Notes under the pieces: model-generated | Told to the model about the DNA's origin: nothing | What the model saw: only the letters and a program-made list of their open reading frames with translations | The model's database searches: none | Shown here: piece after piece, positions 20,110 through 28,187 of the stretch | How the letters are laid out: each line of letters starts with the position of its first letter | Position numbering within the stretch: position 1 is the stretch's first letter | Assembly (NCBI GenBank): GCA_963750855.1 | Contig: CAVVSA010000001.1 | Location: 132,928 to 196,927 of the forward strand | Reading direction: 5' to 3' | Origin: an uncultured Actinomycetota bacterium | GTDB taxonomy: Bacteria > Actinomycetota > Actinomycetes > Nanopelagicales > Nanopelagicaceae | Length of the DNA stretch: 64,000 nucleotides | Program-made: the position numbers and the translations under genes

Positions 20110-20308
20110 TTAATTTCGCTATTTCAAAACCGACGACTACGCGAGTGTCATCGACTTTGACTAGAAATCCGCGCGATGCGGTCCTGCCCAGTACTTCGAT
20201 CATGGCCCCCGCTCTGATTCCCACTGATTTAAGTGGTGTGGCGGATTTGTCCCAACCTACTTCGGAGACGGTTGCCGCTCTATTGAGGTCCACCTCAGCA
20301 AGGTTCAT
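20081..20308 (-). CDS. feoA: FeoA-family protein
   Basis: 75 aa with an SH3-like FeoA pattern (GIRAGAMIEVLGRTASRGFLVKVDDTRVVV). It lies immediately upstream of feoB. Confidence 0.85.
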   Translation of the reverse strand: MNLAEVDLNRAATVSEVGWDKSATPLKSVGIRAGAMIEVLGRTASRGFLVKVDDTRVVVGFEIAKLIDCSYLGTQ

Positions 20309-20424
20309 AGAAGCTACGCTAGCGGAGGAAAGGATTTAAGCAATGAAAGTGTTGCGTAAATAACAAGCCCTTAGGTAGCGAGAAATCTCACGGAGCTGGT
20401 CGTGGGCGGATTAAGGTAAGAACT

Positions 20425-21375
20425 ATGAAAGCAATCCAAGTTAATCGTTTTGGCGGACCTGAAGTGATGGAATACCTGGACCTCGCAGATCCGAGCCCAA
20501 AACCAAATGAGGAGGTCATTGCCGTCACATCTATTGGCATCAACTTTGCCGACACCCATCAGATTGAAAATGGCTATCTATCTCCACAGGCTCTGCCCCT
20601 TATCCCAGGCCTTGAAGTAGTTGGGGTCACCGGAACTGGTCGACGAGTTCTGGCTTCGGTAGAGCATGGTGGGTATTCGCAGAAGGCCATCGCCAATAAA
20701 GCGCTATTGATCGACATCCCGGATGGAATTACCGATGCGCAGGCTCTGTGCATGTTGGTGCAAGGTTCAACTGCCTGGCACATTTTGAAAACCGTGGGAC
20801 ACCTGAGTCCTGATGAATCCGTAGTCGTCCACGCCGCCGCTGGGGGAGTTGGCACCATTGCGATTCAACTTGCTAAGTTGTGGGGAGCCCGAGTTATTGC
20901 CGTGGCCTCTACCCCAGAGAAACAAGAGTTGGCCAAGTCTTTGGGAGCCGACGTCACCATTGATGCCAAGGCAGATGATTTGGCAGCCGCAATGTTGGCC
21001 GCCAACAACGGCAAGCGCATTGATCTCATACTTGAGATGGTGGGCGGTAAGACCTTTGATGACAGCCTCGAAGTACTCGCTCCTTTTGGGCGATTGATTA
21101 CGTACGGAAATGCGTCGCGTATCGCCCCGAAAGCGGTTCAACCGGGTTCACTCGTCTCAGGAACAAAAACCATCACGGGGTTCTGGTTGGCCCACTGCTT
21201 CGGCCATAAAGAACTCCTCCAGGATGTTATTGCCGAACTCTTTGCGCTCGTGCTGGCTGGCAAGCTCACTCCCATCATTGGGGCGACATACCCGCTATCT
21301 CAAGCAGTTCAGGCTCACCAAGACATGCTGGCGAGAAAGACCCACGGCAAGGTGACTCTGGACCCTTCACGTTAG
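20425..21375 (+). CDS. NADPH:quinone oxidoreductase / zinc-type alcohol dehydrogenase-like protein
   Basis: 316 aa with an MDR fold and a HAAAGGVGTIAIQLAK nucleotide motif. Confidence 0.9.
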   Translation: MKAIQVNRFGGPEVMEYLDLADPSPKPNEEVIAVTSIGINFADTHQIENGYLSPQALPLIPGLEVVGVTGTGRRVLASVEHGGYSQKAIANKALLIDIPDGITDAQALCMLVQGSTAWHILKTVGHLSPDESVVVHAAAGGVGTIAIQLAKLWGARVIAVASTPEKQELAKSLGADVTIDAKADDLAAAMLAANNGKRIDLILEMVGGKTFDDSLEVLAPFGRLITYGNASRIAPKAVQPGSLVSGTKTITGFWLAHCFGHKELLQDVIAELFALVLAGKLTPIIGATYPLSQAVQAHQDMLARKTHGKVTLDPSR

Positions 21376-21437
21376 GGGTAGGAAGCGATGATTTTTCGAA
21401 TACAGGCGTGAACCTGTACGCTTCACAAGCATTGTGC

Positions 21438-21510
21438 GCCCCCCTAGCTCAGTCGGTAGAGCGTTTCCATGGTAAGGAAAAGGTCAACGGTTCGATTCCG
21501 TTGGGGGGCT
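21438..21510 (+). tRNA. tRNA-Thr (anticodon GGT)
   Basis: Cloverleaf folded by hand. Acceptor GCCCCCC/GGGGGGC, D stem GCTC/GAGC, anticodon stem TTTCC/GGAAA with loop ATGGTAA, T arm AACGG-TTCGATT-CCGTT. 73 nt, with no encoded CCA. Confidence 0.9.
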
Positions 21511-21511
21511 C

Positions 21512-21585
21512 GGCGGGGTAGCTCAGCTTGGTAGAGCAAGCGGCTCATAATCGCTGTGTCGCCGGTTCAAATCCGGCCTCCGCTA
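21512..21585 (+). tRNA. tRNA-Met (anticodon CAT, elongator type)
   Basis: Folded by hand. Anticodon loop is CTCATAA and the T arm is GCCGG-TTCAAAT-CCGGC. The acceptor GGCGGGG/CTCCGCT needs two G-U pairs, including 1:72. 74 nt. Confidence 0.85.
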
Positions 21586-21671
21586 CTAATAAAAGCCTGC
21601 AGGCTTCCCAACGGAAGTTTGTAGGCATTTGACTTTTTACTCTCACCATCAGGTATTTTGGTGCCAGGAGA

Positions 21672-22148
21672 TTGAGGGCGGTGAACGTGGAGACCAAAGA
21701 GGCAGTACTTCTTCCCACGCGGTCTAGATCCTCCGGTGGGTTTCTGAAGTTGTTTATTTTCACCCTGAGTTTTTTACTCTTCGTCTATTCCCTTTATCTC
21801 ACTCTCGTATTTCTAGATCGAAAAATATTGATCCAGAATGGCTGGTCACAAGGGTTGATGAGTTATCAGGCCCTCATCGCCGGAGTTCACGTTCTCGGAC
21901 TTTTCTTCCTCATTCGTCTCCTGGTTCAACGCAGAAAAATTGCCATCACATATGTGAAGATCGCGATTGTGCTCGGCGCGATTTTTCGCGTGATCATCGA
22001 CCCGTTTGTTGCTGGAGTCATCGACCCGGTAGTCCAGGTGCCAACCTTTCGACTGTGGGGGAGGATTGCTTTTGGCGTGATCTTCCCGATCTTCTGGTTT
22101 CAATTTTTCCGAAAATCCGAAGAAGTTCGCCTGACCCTGGTCAAATAG
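21672..22148 (+). CDS. hypothetical integral membrane protein
   Basis: 158-aa ORF with 4 hydrophobic helices. Visibly AT-richer than its neighbours. It sits between tRNA-Met and rpmG, which are normally adjacent. Start is uncertain. Confidence 0.55.
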   Translation: MRAVNVETKEAVLLPTRSRSSGGFLKLFIFTLSFLLFVYSLYLTLVFLDRKILIQNGWSQGLMSYQALIAGVHVLGLFFLIRLLVQRRKIAITYVKIAIVLGAIFRVIIDPFVAGVIDPVVQVPTFRLWGRIAFGVIFPIFWFQFFRKSEEVRLTLVK

Positions 22149-22291
22149 CTGATTTCGTCATCTAGATCCTGGGATCGGAGCCCAGCCTGAGCCCTTTCAG
22201 GCTCGGATTTCTCCTCTAGTACCCCTGTCGGCTATTCTTACGCCTCTTATATTTAGTTAAATCAGGTTCCAATCGGCGAAGGAGCAAGACC

Positions 22292-22462
22292 ATGGCAAGC
22301 AAGAGCGCGGACGTACGTCCAAAGATCACCATGGCCTGCGTTGAATGCAAAGAGCGCAACTACATCACCAAGAAGAACCGTCGTAACGACCCAGACCGTC
22401 TTGAGCTCAAGAAGTTCTGCCCCCGTTGCAAGGCTTCTACCCTTCACCGCGAAACTCGTTAA
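22292..22462 (+). CDS. rpmG: 50S ribosomal protein L33
   Basis: 55 aa, [56 protein letters not shown], with GAAGGAG 7 nt upstream. Not in the ORF track because it is under 60 aa. Confidence 0.93.
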   Translation: MASKSADVRPKITMACVECKERNYITKKNRRNDPDRLELKKFCPRCKASTLHRETR

Positions 22463-22851
22463 TGCTCAATCCCGATTCCGTCGGGCGCACATTTCCTGGT
22501 GCGAAGTCATTTCCTGTTACAGCCTCTGAGATAGCCGCCTTTGCTGCCGTTATCGGCGAAGCAGATCTCACCGTTGCACCGCCTACTTTTTCGATTCGAA
22601 TCTCCCTTGAGCAGTCCCAAGAACTTCTCTCCGATCCATCAGTTGGCTTGGACTGGTCGCGCGTCGTCCACGGCGATCAGAAGTTCGAGATCTTTCGCCC
22701 CATCGTCGCAGGAGACGTTCTCACCTGTTCCTCCACGATTGAAAATTACAAGGCCGTGGCAGGAAATGAAATTGTGACCGTCCGCTCGGACCTGCACTCC
22801 GATGGCGAGTTGGTTGTTTCGACGTGGTCCACTCTGGTGGTACGCGCATGA
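22462..22851 (+). CDS. MaoC-like hotdog protein (HadA-like dehydratase subunit)
   Basis: The ATG overlaps the rpmG stop (TAATG). About 129 aa of hotdog fold lacking the catalytic motif. Follows the rpmG-hadA-hadB synteny known from mycobacteria and streptomycetes. Confidence 0.85.
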   Translation: MLNPDSVGRTFPGAKSFPVTASEIAAFAAVIGEADLTVAPPTFSIRISLEQSQELLSDPSVGLDWSRVVHGDQKFEIFRPIVAGDVLTCSSTIENYKAVAGNEIVTVRSDLHSDGELVVSTWSTLVVRA

Positions 22852-23247
22852 TCGCGGTGGGCGATGTCATTTCCGAACGCATCTTTTGGATCGATCGCGA
22901 TTTGTTGAAGCAGTACGCCGATGCCAGCGGAGACCAGAATCCGATCCACCAAGATGAAGAGTTCGCGAAGTCGGTTGGCTTGCCGGATGTCATTGCACAC
23001 GGAATGCTGACGATGGCACTTGCCGGCACATTCATATCTGATTGGGCCGGCGGTCCTGCTGCTGTGAAAGAATTCTCTGCCAGATTCACAAAGCCCGTCG
23101 TAGTTCCTGCCGGGAAAAAAGTAGACCTAACCATTTCTGCGACTGTGTCCGAGGTCGATGGCGCAAATATTCGGCTCACCATCAATGCCACTTCAGATGG
23201 CGTCAAAGGTATTAGGAATGACAAAGGCGCTGGTCGTAAAGTCATGA
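22848..23247 (+). CDS. MaoC-family (R)-hydratase/dehydratase, HadB-like; frameshifted near 23208 as sequenced
   Basis: Carries the catalytic motif DQNPIHQDEEFAKSVGLPDVIAHGM. After ...TINATSDGVK the +1 frame reads VLGMTKALVVKS-TGA, which aligns with the HadB C-terminus, and that TGA forms an ATGA overlap with the next start. As sequenced, one extra G in AAAGGT fuses it in frame to the downstream gene (ORF 22824-24131). Confidence 0.7.
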
Positions 23248-24131
23248 CCGCCCCAGATGCAATCTGGAAACTAGGGCAAGAACGCCAAGCGGCGCGGGCT
23301 GAAAAGGATTTTGCCCTTGCTGATCGACTTCGTGATGAGATTGCAGATGCTGGATGGGATGTCATTGACGTAGCGGGTGCCTTTGAACTGCATAAGCGAA
23401 TCAAATACATCTTGGCGGAGACCCTTCAAGCAATGAAGCCAGTCCTGAACGAGTGTGAGATCGCAATCGCCATGATCGTCTCTGGTTTTCAGGAGGATGC
23501 GAGCGAGACGGTGAAGTCGATACGCGCACATTGTGAAACACCAATAGTTCTTCTCTGCCTCGATGAGGTCGGAGTACTTGAGGATCTTGTCGATGAGACG
23601 ACGTTTGTCATAAAGGTGGCTGAGGAGTGCGGTTGGGGTAGGGCCGCGAATGCACTCTTGCAGAATGTGAATTCCGAGTATTTGGTGCTGATGGACCCTT
23701 CGACTCGTTTTACTGCCGATGCGATCTCCCCAGTCCTCACTGAGTTGAGGAAGCGTGATTATTCCGCTGTCGGCTGGCGCGGTGGCCTCATCAATCTTCA
23801 AGATGATTGGCGCAGCGTTGATGACAAGGGCGTCGGCGAAGTTGATGTGCTCTTTAGTTACTTCCTTGGCCTAGATCGACAGGCAGCCCTTGAGGTCGGA
23901 GGTTTTAGTACGCGCGCCATCTACTATCGAAATGCCGACATTGAGTTCTCGCTCAAACTGCGTCAAACGAGCGGGCATTTGTTGCAGATGGATCTACCCC
24001 TTACCCAAGATCGCCACCATGGCTACCACGACGTGGATGTATCTTTCCGCGAACTGCAGTCCAAAAAGAACTACGACCGCATCCTGGATCGATTCCGGGG
24101 TAAGAATGCAATCCTGAGCCCGCGTCGGTAA
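23244..24131 (+). CDS. CysRS-C-terminal-like helical domain fused to a GT-A (family 2-like) glycosyltransferase domain
   Basis: From the ATG at 23244. The N-terminal segment QERQAARAEKDFALADRLRDEIADAGWDVIDV resembles the cysteinyl-tRNA synthetase C-terminal motif. The remainder has GT2-like features (GWGRAANALL...EYLVLMDPS; YYRNADIEFSLKLRQ). Confidence 0.65.
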   Translation: MTAPDAIWKLGQERQAARAEKDFALADRLRDEIADAGWDVIDVAGAFELHKRIKYILAETLQAMKPVLNECEIAIAMIVSGFQEDASETVKSIRAHCETPIVLLCLDEVGVLEDLVDETTFVIKVAEECGWGRAANALLQNVNSEYLVLMDPSTRFTADAISPVLTELRKRDYSAVGWRGGLINLQDDWRSVDDKGVGEVDVLFSYFLGLDRQAALEVGGFSTRAIYYRNADIEFSLKLRQTSGHLLQMDLPLTQDRHHGYHDVDVSFRELQSKKNYDRILDRFRGKNAILSPRR

Positions 24132-24141
24132 TCTTTAAGCC

Positions 24142-25168
24142 ATGAGCCAGCTCTCGGATTACACGAGTTTCCGCGTCGGGGGACCCGCTCAAGAAATCGT
24201 CAACGCCTGCAACGAATCTGAAATCATCGCCGCCGTCCAAGCAGCCGATGAAGCCGGCAAGCCAATTCTGATTTTAGGCAGCGGAACAAATGTCCTCGTC
24301 AGCGATGAAGGCTTCAAGGGCGTCGTTATTCACGTTGCGAGTTCAGAAGTTGAGGCCGAGGTTGATGCGTGCAGTGGTGCAACGTTGACAATCGGCGCAG
24401 GAGAAGTGTGGGACGCATTTGTTGAGACCACCATCTCCCGCGGATATGCCGGGCTGGAAACGTTAAGTGGAATTCCGGGAACAGTCGGTGCTGCCCCGAT
24501 TCAAAACATTGGCGCATATGGCCATGAGGTATCAGAGTTCATCACGCGCGTGCGCACTTACGACCGCAAAGAGAAGATGGTTAAAACCTTCACCAACTCC
24601 GAGTGTGATTTCACATATCGAAACTCGAGATTTAAAGCCGAGCGAGATCGCTTCGTCATCTTGGATGTCGGGTTCCAACTTCGTATAGGCGAGGTATCCA
24701 CTCCCATCCACTACGTCGAACTAGCGCGAGAGCTTGGCATCGAAGTGGGCGGGAAGGCACCAGTAGTTGCGACGCGAACGGCGACACTGAAATTGCGAGA
24801 GAGCAAGGGCATGTTGCTAGATCCCAAAGACCACGATTCTTGGTCGGCCGGCTCGTTCTTCACTAACCCAATTGTCAGTGCCGAGATCGCTGAGAAACTG
24901 CCGGCGGATGCCCCCCGTTGGGTGCAGCCAGATGGGCGCGTGAAAACTTCAGCGGCATGGTTGATGGAGCATGCCGGAGTTCATAAGGGCGATGCGCATT
25001 CAGGTGCACGCATTTCCAGCAAGCACGTTCTAGCGCTGACCAATTCAGGCAATGCGACCGCCGCCGATATCGCCGCCCTTGCTAAAGAGGCGCAAGAGAA
25101 AGGTGCAGAAGGTTTTCGGGATATTTCTTGAACCAGAGGTGAATCTCGTAGGGCTTAGCCTTAAATAG
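24142..25168 (+). CDS. murB: UDP-N-acetylenolpyruvoylglucosamine reductase; C-terminal frameshift near 25102 as sequenced
   Basis: FAD-binding N-terminus and a MurB core (GNLRSGAGSFFTNP-type: SWSAGSFFTNP). The as-sequenced ORF stops at 25131. The +1 frame from 25103 gives VQKVFGIFLEPEVNLVGLSLK-TAG (25166-25168), the canonical MurB tail. Confidence 0.9.
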
Positions 25169-25171
25169 GAG

Positions 25172-26372
25172 TTAGATTGCTTCTGCTATCAGTTTCTTGA
25201 CGCGTCCGATGCCTTCGACGATGTCGGCATCGCTGAGGGCGTAGGAGAATCGCAAATATCCAGATGGGCCAAAAGCCTCACCAGGGACTGCGGCAACTTC
25301 AACTTCTTCCAGAATCAAGGTGGCCAATTCGGCTGATGTATGAGGAGTTTTTCCACGGATGGTTTTCCCCAAGACGCCTTTTACGGACGGATATGCGTAG
25401 AAGGCGCCTTGGGGCATCGGGCAAACAAATCCAGGAATTTCGTTAAGCAAACCGACGATGAGTTTGCGCCTGCGATCAAAGGCTTCGCCCATTTTGTGAA
25501 CTGCAGAGAGATCGCCAGTGAGCGCAGCAATCGCGGCGCGTTGTGAGACGTTGGAAACGTTGCTCGTCATGTGCGATTGCAGGTTTGTGGCGGCCTTGAT
25601 GACGTCCTTGGGACCGATCATCCAACCCACGCGCCAACCAGTCATCGCATATGTCTTTGCAACGCCGTTGAGAATGATGGTGCGGTCGGCAATTTCAGGA
25701 AGAAGAACGGGAACGCTCGGTGCAACCGCGCCGTCGTAGAGCAAGTGTTCGTAGATCTCATCCGAGATGATCCAGATTTCATTCTTGAGCGCCCACTCTG
25801 CAATCGCCTTTACCTGCGCTGGCGAATAGACAGAGCCGGTTGGGTTGCTGGGGGAGCAGAAGAGAAGTGCTTTGGTCTTAGGAGTTCGTGCCGCCTCAAG
25901 TTGTTCGACTGTCTACCAAATAGTTTTGCGCTTCGTCGGCGAAAACTTCAACGGGAATTCCACCGGCCAACTTGATGCACTCTGGATATGTTGTCCAATA
26001 AGGCGCGGGCAACAAAACTTCATCGCCGTGATCCACGATGGTTGCGAAGGCCTCATAGACGGCTTGCTTGCCGCCGTTTGTGACGAGAACTTGGTCTGCA
26101 GTGACGACGTAGTTGGAATCGCGCTTGGTCTTGGCCACGATCGCATCGCGCAACTCCGGCAGACCCGAAGTCGGCGTATACCTGTGGTTGGAAGCAACGC
26201 TGGCGGAAGCGATGGCAGCGGCCACGATGTAGTCCGGAGTGGGAAAATCAGGCTCACCTGCTCCAAATCCGATAACCGGTCGACCCGCGGCCTTTAGGGC
26301 CTTGGCTTTGGCATCCACGGCAAGGGTGGCGGATTCGGCGATCGCGGCGATTCGCGAGGAGATACGGGTCAT
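25172..26372 (-). pseudogene. aspartate/aromatic aminotransferase (class I PLP), single frameshift as sequenced
   Basis: The N-terminal piece (26372-25896) and C-terminal piece (25744-25172) are collinear. The second frame is open from 25912 and reads [30 protein letters not shown]...[10 protein letters not shown]. The frame change lies between 25897 and 25916. Confidence 0.85.
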
Positions 26373-26508
26373 GGGCCAAGTCTGCCGTACCGAGGAGGGG
26401 TCTTGGTCCCCCCTTTTCGCCGGGCTCCTGACCTGAGTTAGACCCCGACCTATCTCACGCTCTACACTCTGACCCCTGACGATTATGGTCTTTTGCCATG
26501 CCGTCTGA

Positions 26509-26582
26509 AGGGCAGTAGCTCAACTGGCCAGAGTTCCGGTCTCCAAAACCGGCGGTTGGGGGTTCAAGTCCCTCCTGCCCTG
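26509..26582 (+). tRNA. tRNA-Trp (anticodon CCA)
   Basis: Folded by hand. Acceptor AGGGCAG/CTGCCCT, anticodon stem CCGGT/ACCGG with loop CTCCAAA, T loop TTCAAGT. CCA is encoded at 26583-26585. Conserved position upstream of secE. Confidence 0.92.
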
Positions 26583-26634
26583 CCATGTTCGAAAGAGTTC
26601 AAAAGAGATCGACCCAACGAAAGGAAAGCCCACG

Positions 26635-26862
26635 ATGCCAGATGTGGTCGCGCCACGCGAAGAGAGCAAGCTTGGTCTCATCGCGCGAATTGGTCTTTTC
26701 TACCGCCAGGTAGTTTCAGAACTTCGCAAAGTTGTTTGGCCCACTCGTAAACAGTTGACCACCTACACCGCGGTGGTTCTGGTCTTCGTGTCCTTCATCA
26801 TCGCCGTTGTTTCGCTTCTCGATCTGGTTTTAACCAAGATCGTCTTCTTGGTATTTGGATAA
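26635..26862 (+). CDS. secE: preprotein translocase subunit SecE
   Basis: 75 aa with one C-terminal TM helix and a YRQVVSELRKVVWPTRKQL motif. Lies upstream of nusG. Confidence 0.9.
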   Translation: MPDVVAPREESKLGLIARIGLFYRQVVSELRKVVWPTRKQLTTYTAVVLVFVSFIIAVVSLLDLVLTKIVFLVFG

Positions 26863-26871
26863 GGAAGCACT

Positions 26872-27612
26872 ATGTCTGAAGAGAAGATCGATGCCTTCGA
26901 GGCTGCCCTTGCCGCGGGAAGTGTTGAACCAGTTGCCGTTGAAGAGGAGACGCCAGTTGAAGAAGTCGCATCCCCTGAACTAGAGACCATCGGCGACCTT
27001 TCCGCTGTTGGAGCCTCCGATAGCGAAGATGAGGAGAACGATCCGAACGCCGAGTTCCGTCGCGTTCTTCGCACAGCGGCTGGCGATTGGTTCGTAGTCC
27101 ACTCATACGCTGGGTACGAGAAGAAGGTCAAGGGAAACCTGCAGAACCGAATTCAGTCTTTGAACATGGAAGATTACATTTTCCAGATCGAAGTTCCTGA
27201 GGAAGAAATCACCGAGATCAAGAACGGCCAGCGCAAGCAGGTCAAGCGCAATATCTACCCAGGTTATGTTCTTGTCCGCATGGAGCTCACCGATGAATCA
27301 TGGTCGGCAGTTCGTAACACGCCAGGTGTAACCGGCTTCGTCGGCAACGCACACCACCCAAGCCCGCTGACTTTCGAAGAGGTTGAGAAGATCCTTGCTC
27401 CTCGCCCAGTAAAGAAGTCCGATAAGCCAGAAATCCGCGTCGTTGATTTCCAAGTTGGAGAATCCGTCACGGTCATGGATGGTCCGTTCGCGACACTGCC
27501 TGCGTCCATCAGCGAGATCATGCCTGAGCAAGCAAAGCTCAAGGTTCTGGTTTCGATCTTCGGCCGCGAGACTCCAGTGGAGCTCTCATTTCACCAAGTG
27601 CAAAAGATTTAA
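26872..27612 (+). CDS. nusG: transcription termination/antitermination factor NusG
   Basis: 246 aa with an acidic actinobacterial N-terminal extension, an NGN domain ([14 protein letters not shown]) and a KOW domain ([15 protein letters not shown]). Confidence 0.95.
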   Translation: MSEEKIDAFEAALAAGSVEPVAVEEETPVEEVASPELETIGDLSAVGASDSEDEENDPNAEFRRVLRTAAGDWFVVHSYAGYEKKVKGNLQNRIQSLNMEDYIFQIEVPEEEITEIKNGQRKQVKRNIYPGYVLVRMELTDESWSAVRNTPGVTGFVGNAHHPSPLTFEEVEKILAPRPVKKSDKPEIRVVDFQVGESVTVMDGPFATLPASISEIMPEQAKLKVLVSIFGRETPVELSFHQVQKI

Positions 27613-27649
27613 TTCCCGAAACTAGATAGAGAAAAAGAGAGAAACAACT

Positions 27650-28081
27650 ATGGCCCCGAAGAAGAAGATCACAGCAATGATCAAGTTGCAGATCCAAGCT
27701 GGCGCTGCAACCCCTGCGCCTCCAGTTGGTCCTGCTCTAGGTCAGCACGGCGTGAACATTATGGAGTTCGTTAAGCAGTACAACGCTGCTACCGAATCAC
27801 AAAAGGGACAGATCATCCCTGTTGAGATCTCCGTGTACGAAGATCGCACATTCACTTTCGTCACCAAGACCCCACCAGCATCACGCCTGATCTTGAAGGC
27901 AGCCGGAGTCGACAAGGGATCTGCCGTTCCTCACAAGACCAAGGTCGCATCAATCACCAAGGCCCAGGTTCAAGAGATCGCAAAGACCAAGATGGAAGAC
28001 CTCAATGCCAATGACATTGATGCCGCCAGCTTGATCATCGCAGGCACCGCACGCTCGATGGGGATCACCGTCACCGATTAA
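27650..28081 (+). CDS. rplK: 50S ribosomal protein L11
   Basis: 143 aa, with [40 protein letters not shown]. Confidence 0.96.
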   Translation: MAPKKKITAMIKLQIQAGAATPAPPVGPALGQHGVNIMEFVKQYNAATESQKGQIIPVEISVYEDRTFTFVTKTPPASRLILKAAGVDKGSAVPHKTKVASITKAQVQEIAKTKMEDLNANDIDAASLIIAGTARSMGITVTD

Positions 28082-28088
28082 TACAATT

Positions 28089-28111
28089 CTTCATTCCAAG
28101 TCGGAATGAAG
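28089..28111 (+). other. perfect 9-bp hairpin in the rplK-rplA spacer
   Basis: CTTCATTCC-aagtc-GGAATGAAG lies 8 nt after the rplK stop and is followed by GATGTGGGAG. There is no T-tract. Confidence 0.3.
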
Positions 28112-28187
28112 ATGTGGGAGAACCACGCTGGTTCGTATCACCACAACCGAATGAGAATGCTAAATGCGTTCTTGAAAGAGGAGCGAA

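Noticed and set aside
20343-20363. A six-codon mini-ORF (MKVLRK) behind a GGAGGAAAGG site upstream of qor.
   Set aside because: It is too short to evaluate, has no regulatory codon pattern, and is probably a chance occurrence in a divergent promoter region.
20371-20389. An IdeR/DtxR iron-box-like sequence, TTAGGTAGCGAGAAATCTC, in the feoA-qor divergent region.
   Set aside because: Only 9 of 19 positions match TTAGGTTAGGCTAACCTAA, and the right half-site is absent, so there is no dyad symmetry.
21545-21763. A 72-aa minus-strand ORF.
   Set aside because: It is antisense to tRNA-Met and to the start of the membrane-protein ORF, with no SD and no recognisable product.
22824-24131. A 435-aa three-domain fusion ORF (MaoC, CysRS-like and GT2-like).
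   Set aside because: As a single native gene it is doubtful. The +1 frame restores a canonical HadB C-terminus ending in an ATGA overlap with a downstream ATG. It is therefore reported as two genes joined by a one-base insertion.
25571-26297. Plus-strand ORFs of 134 and 150 aa.
   Set aside because: They are antisense to the aminotransferase gene, whose two halves have clear homology. These are typical shadow ORFs of GC-rich coding DNA.
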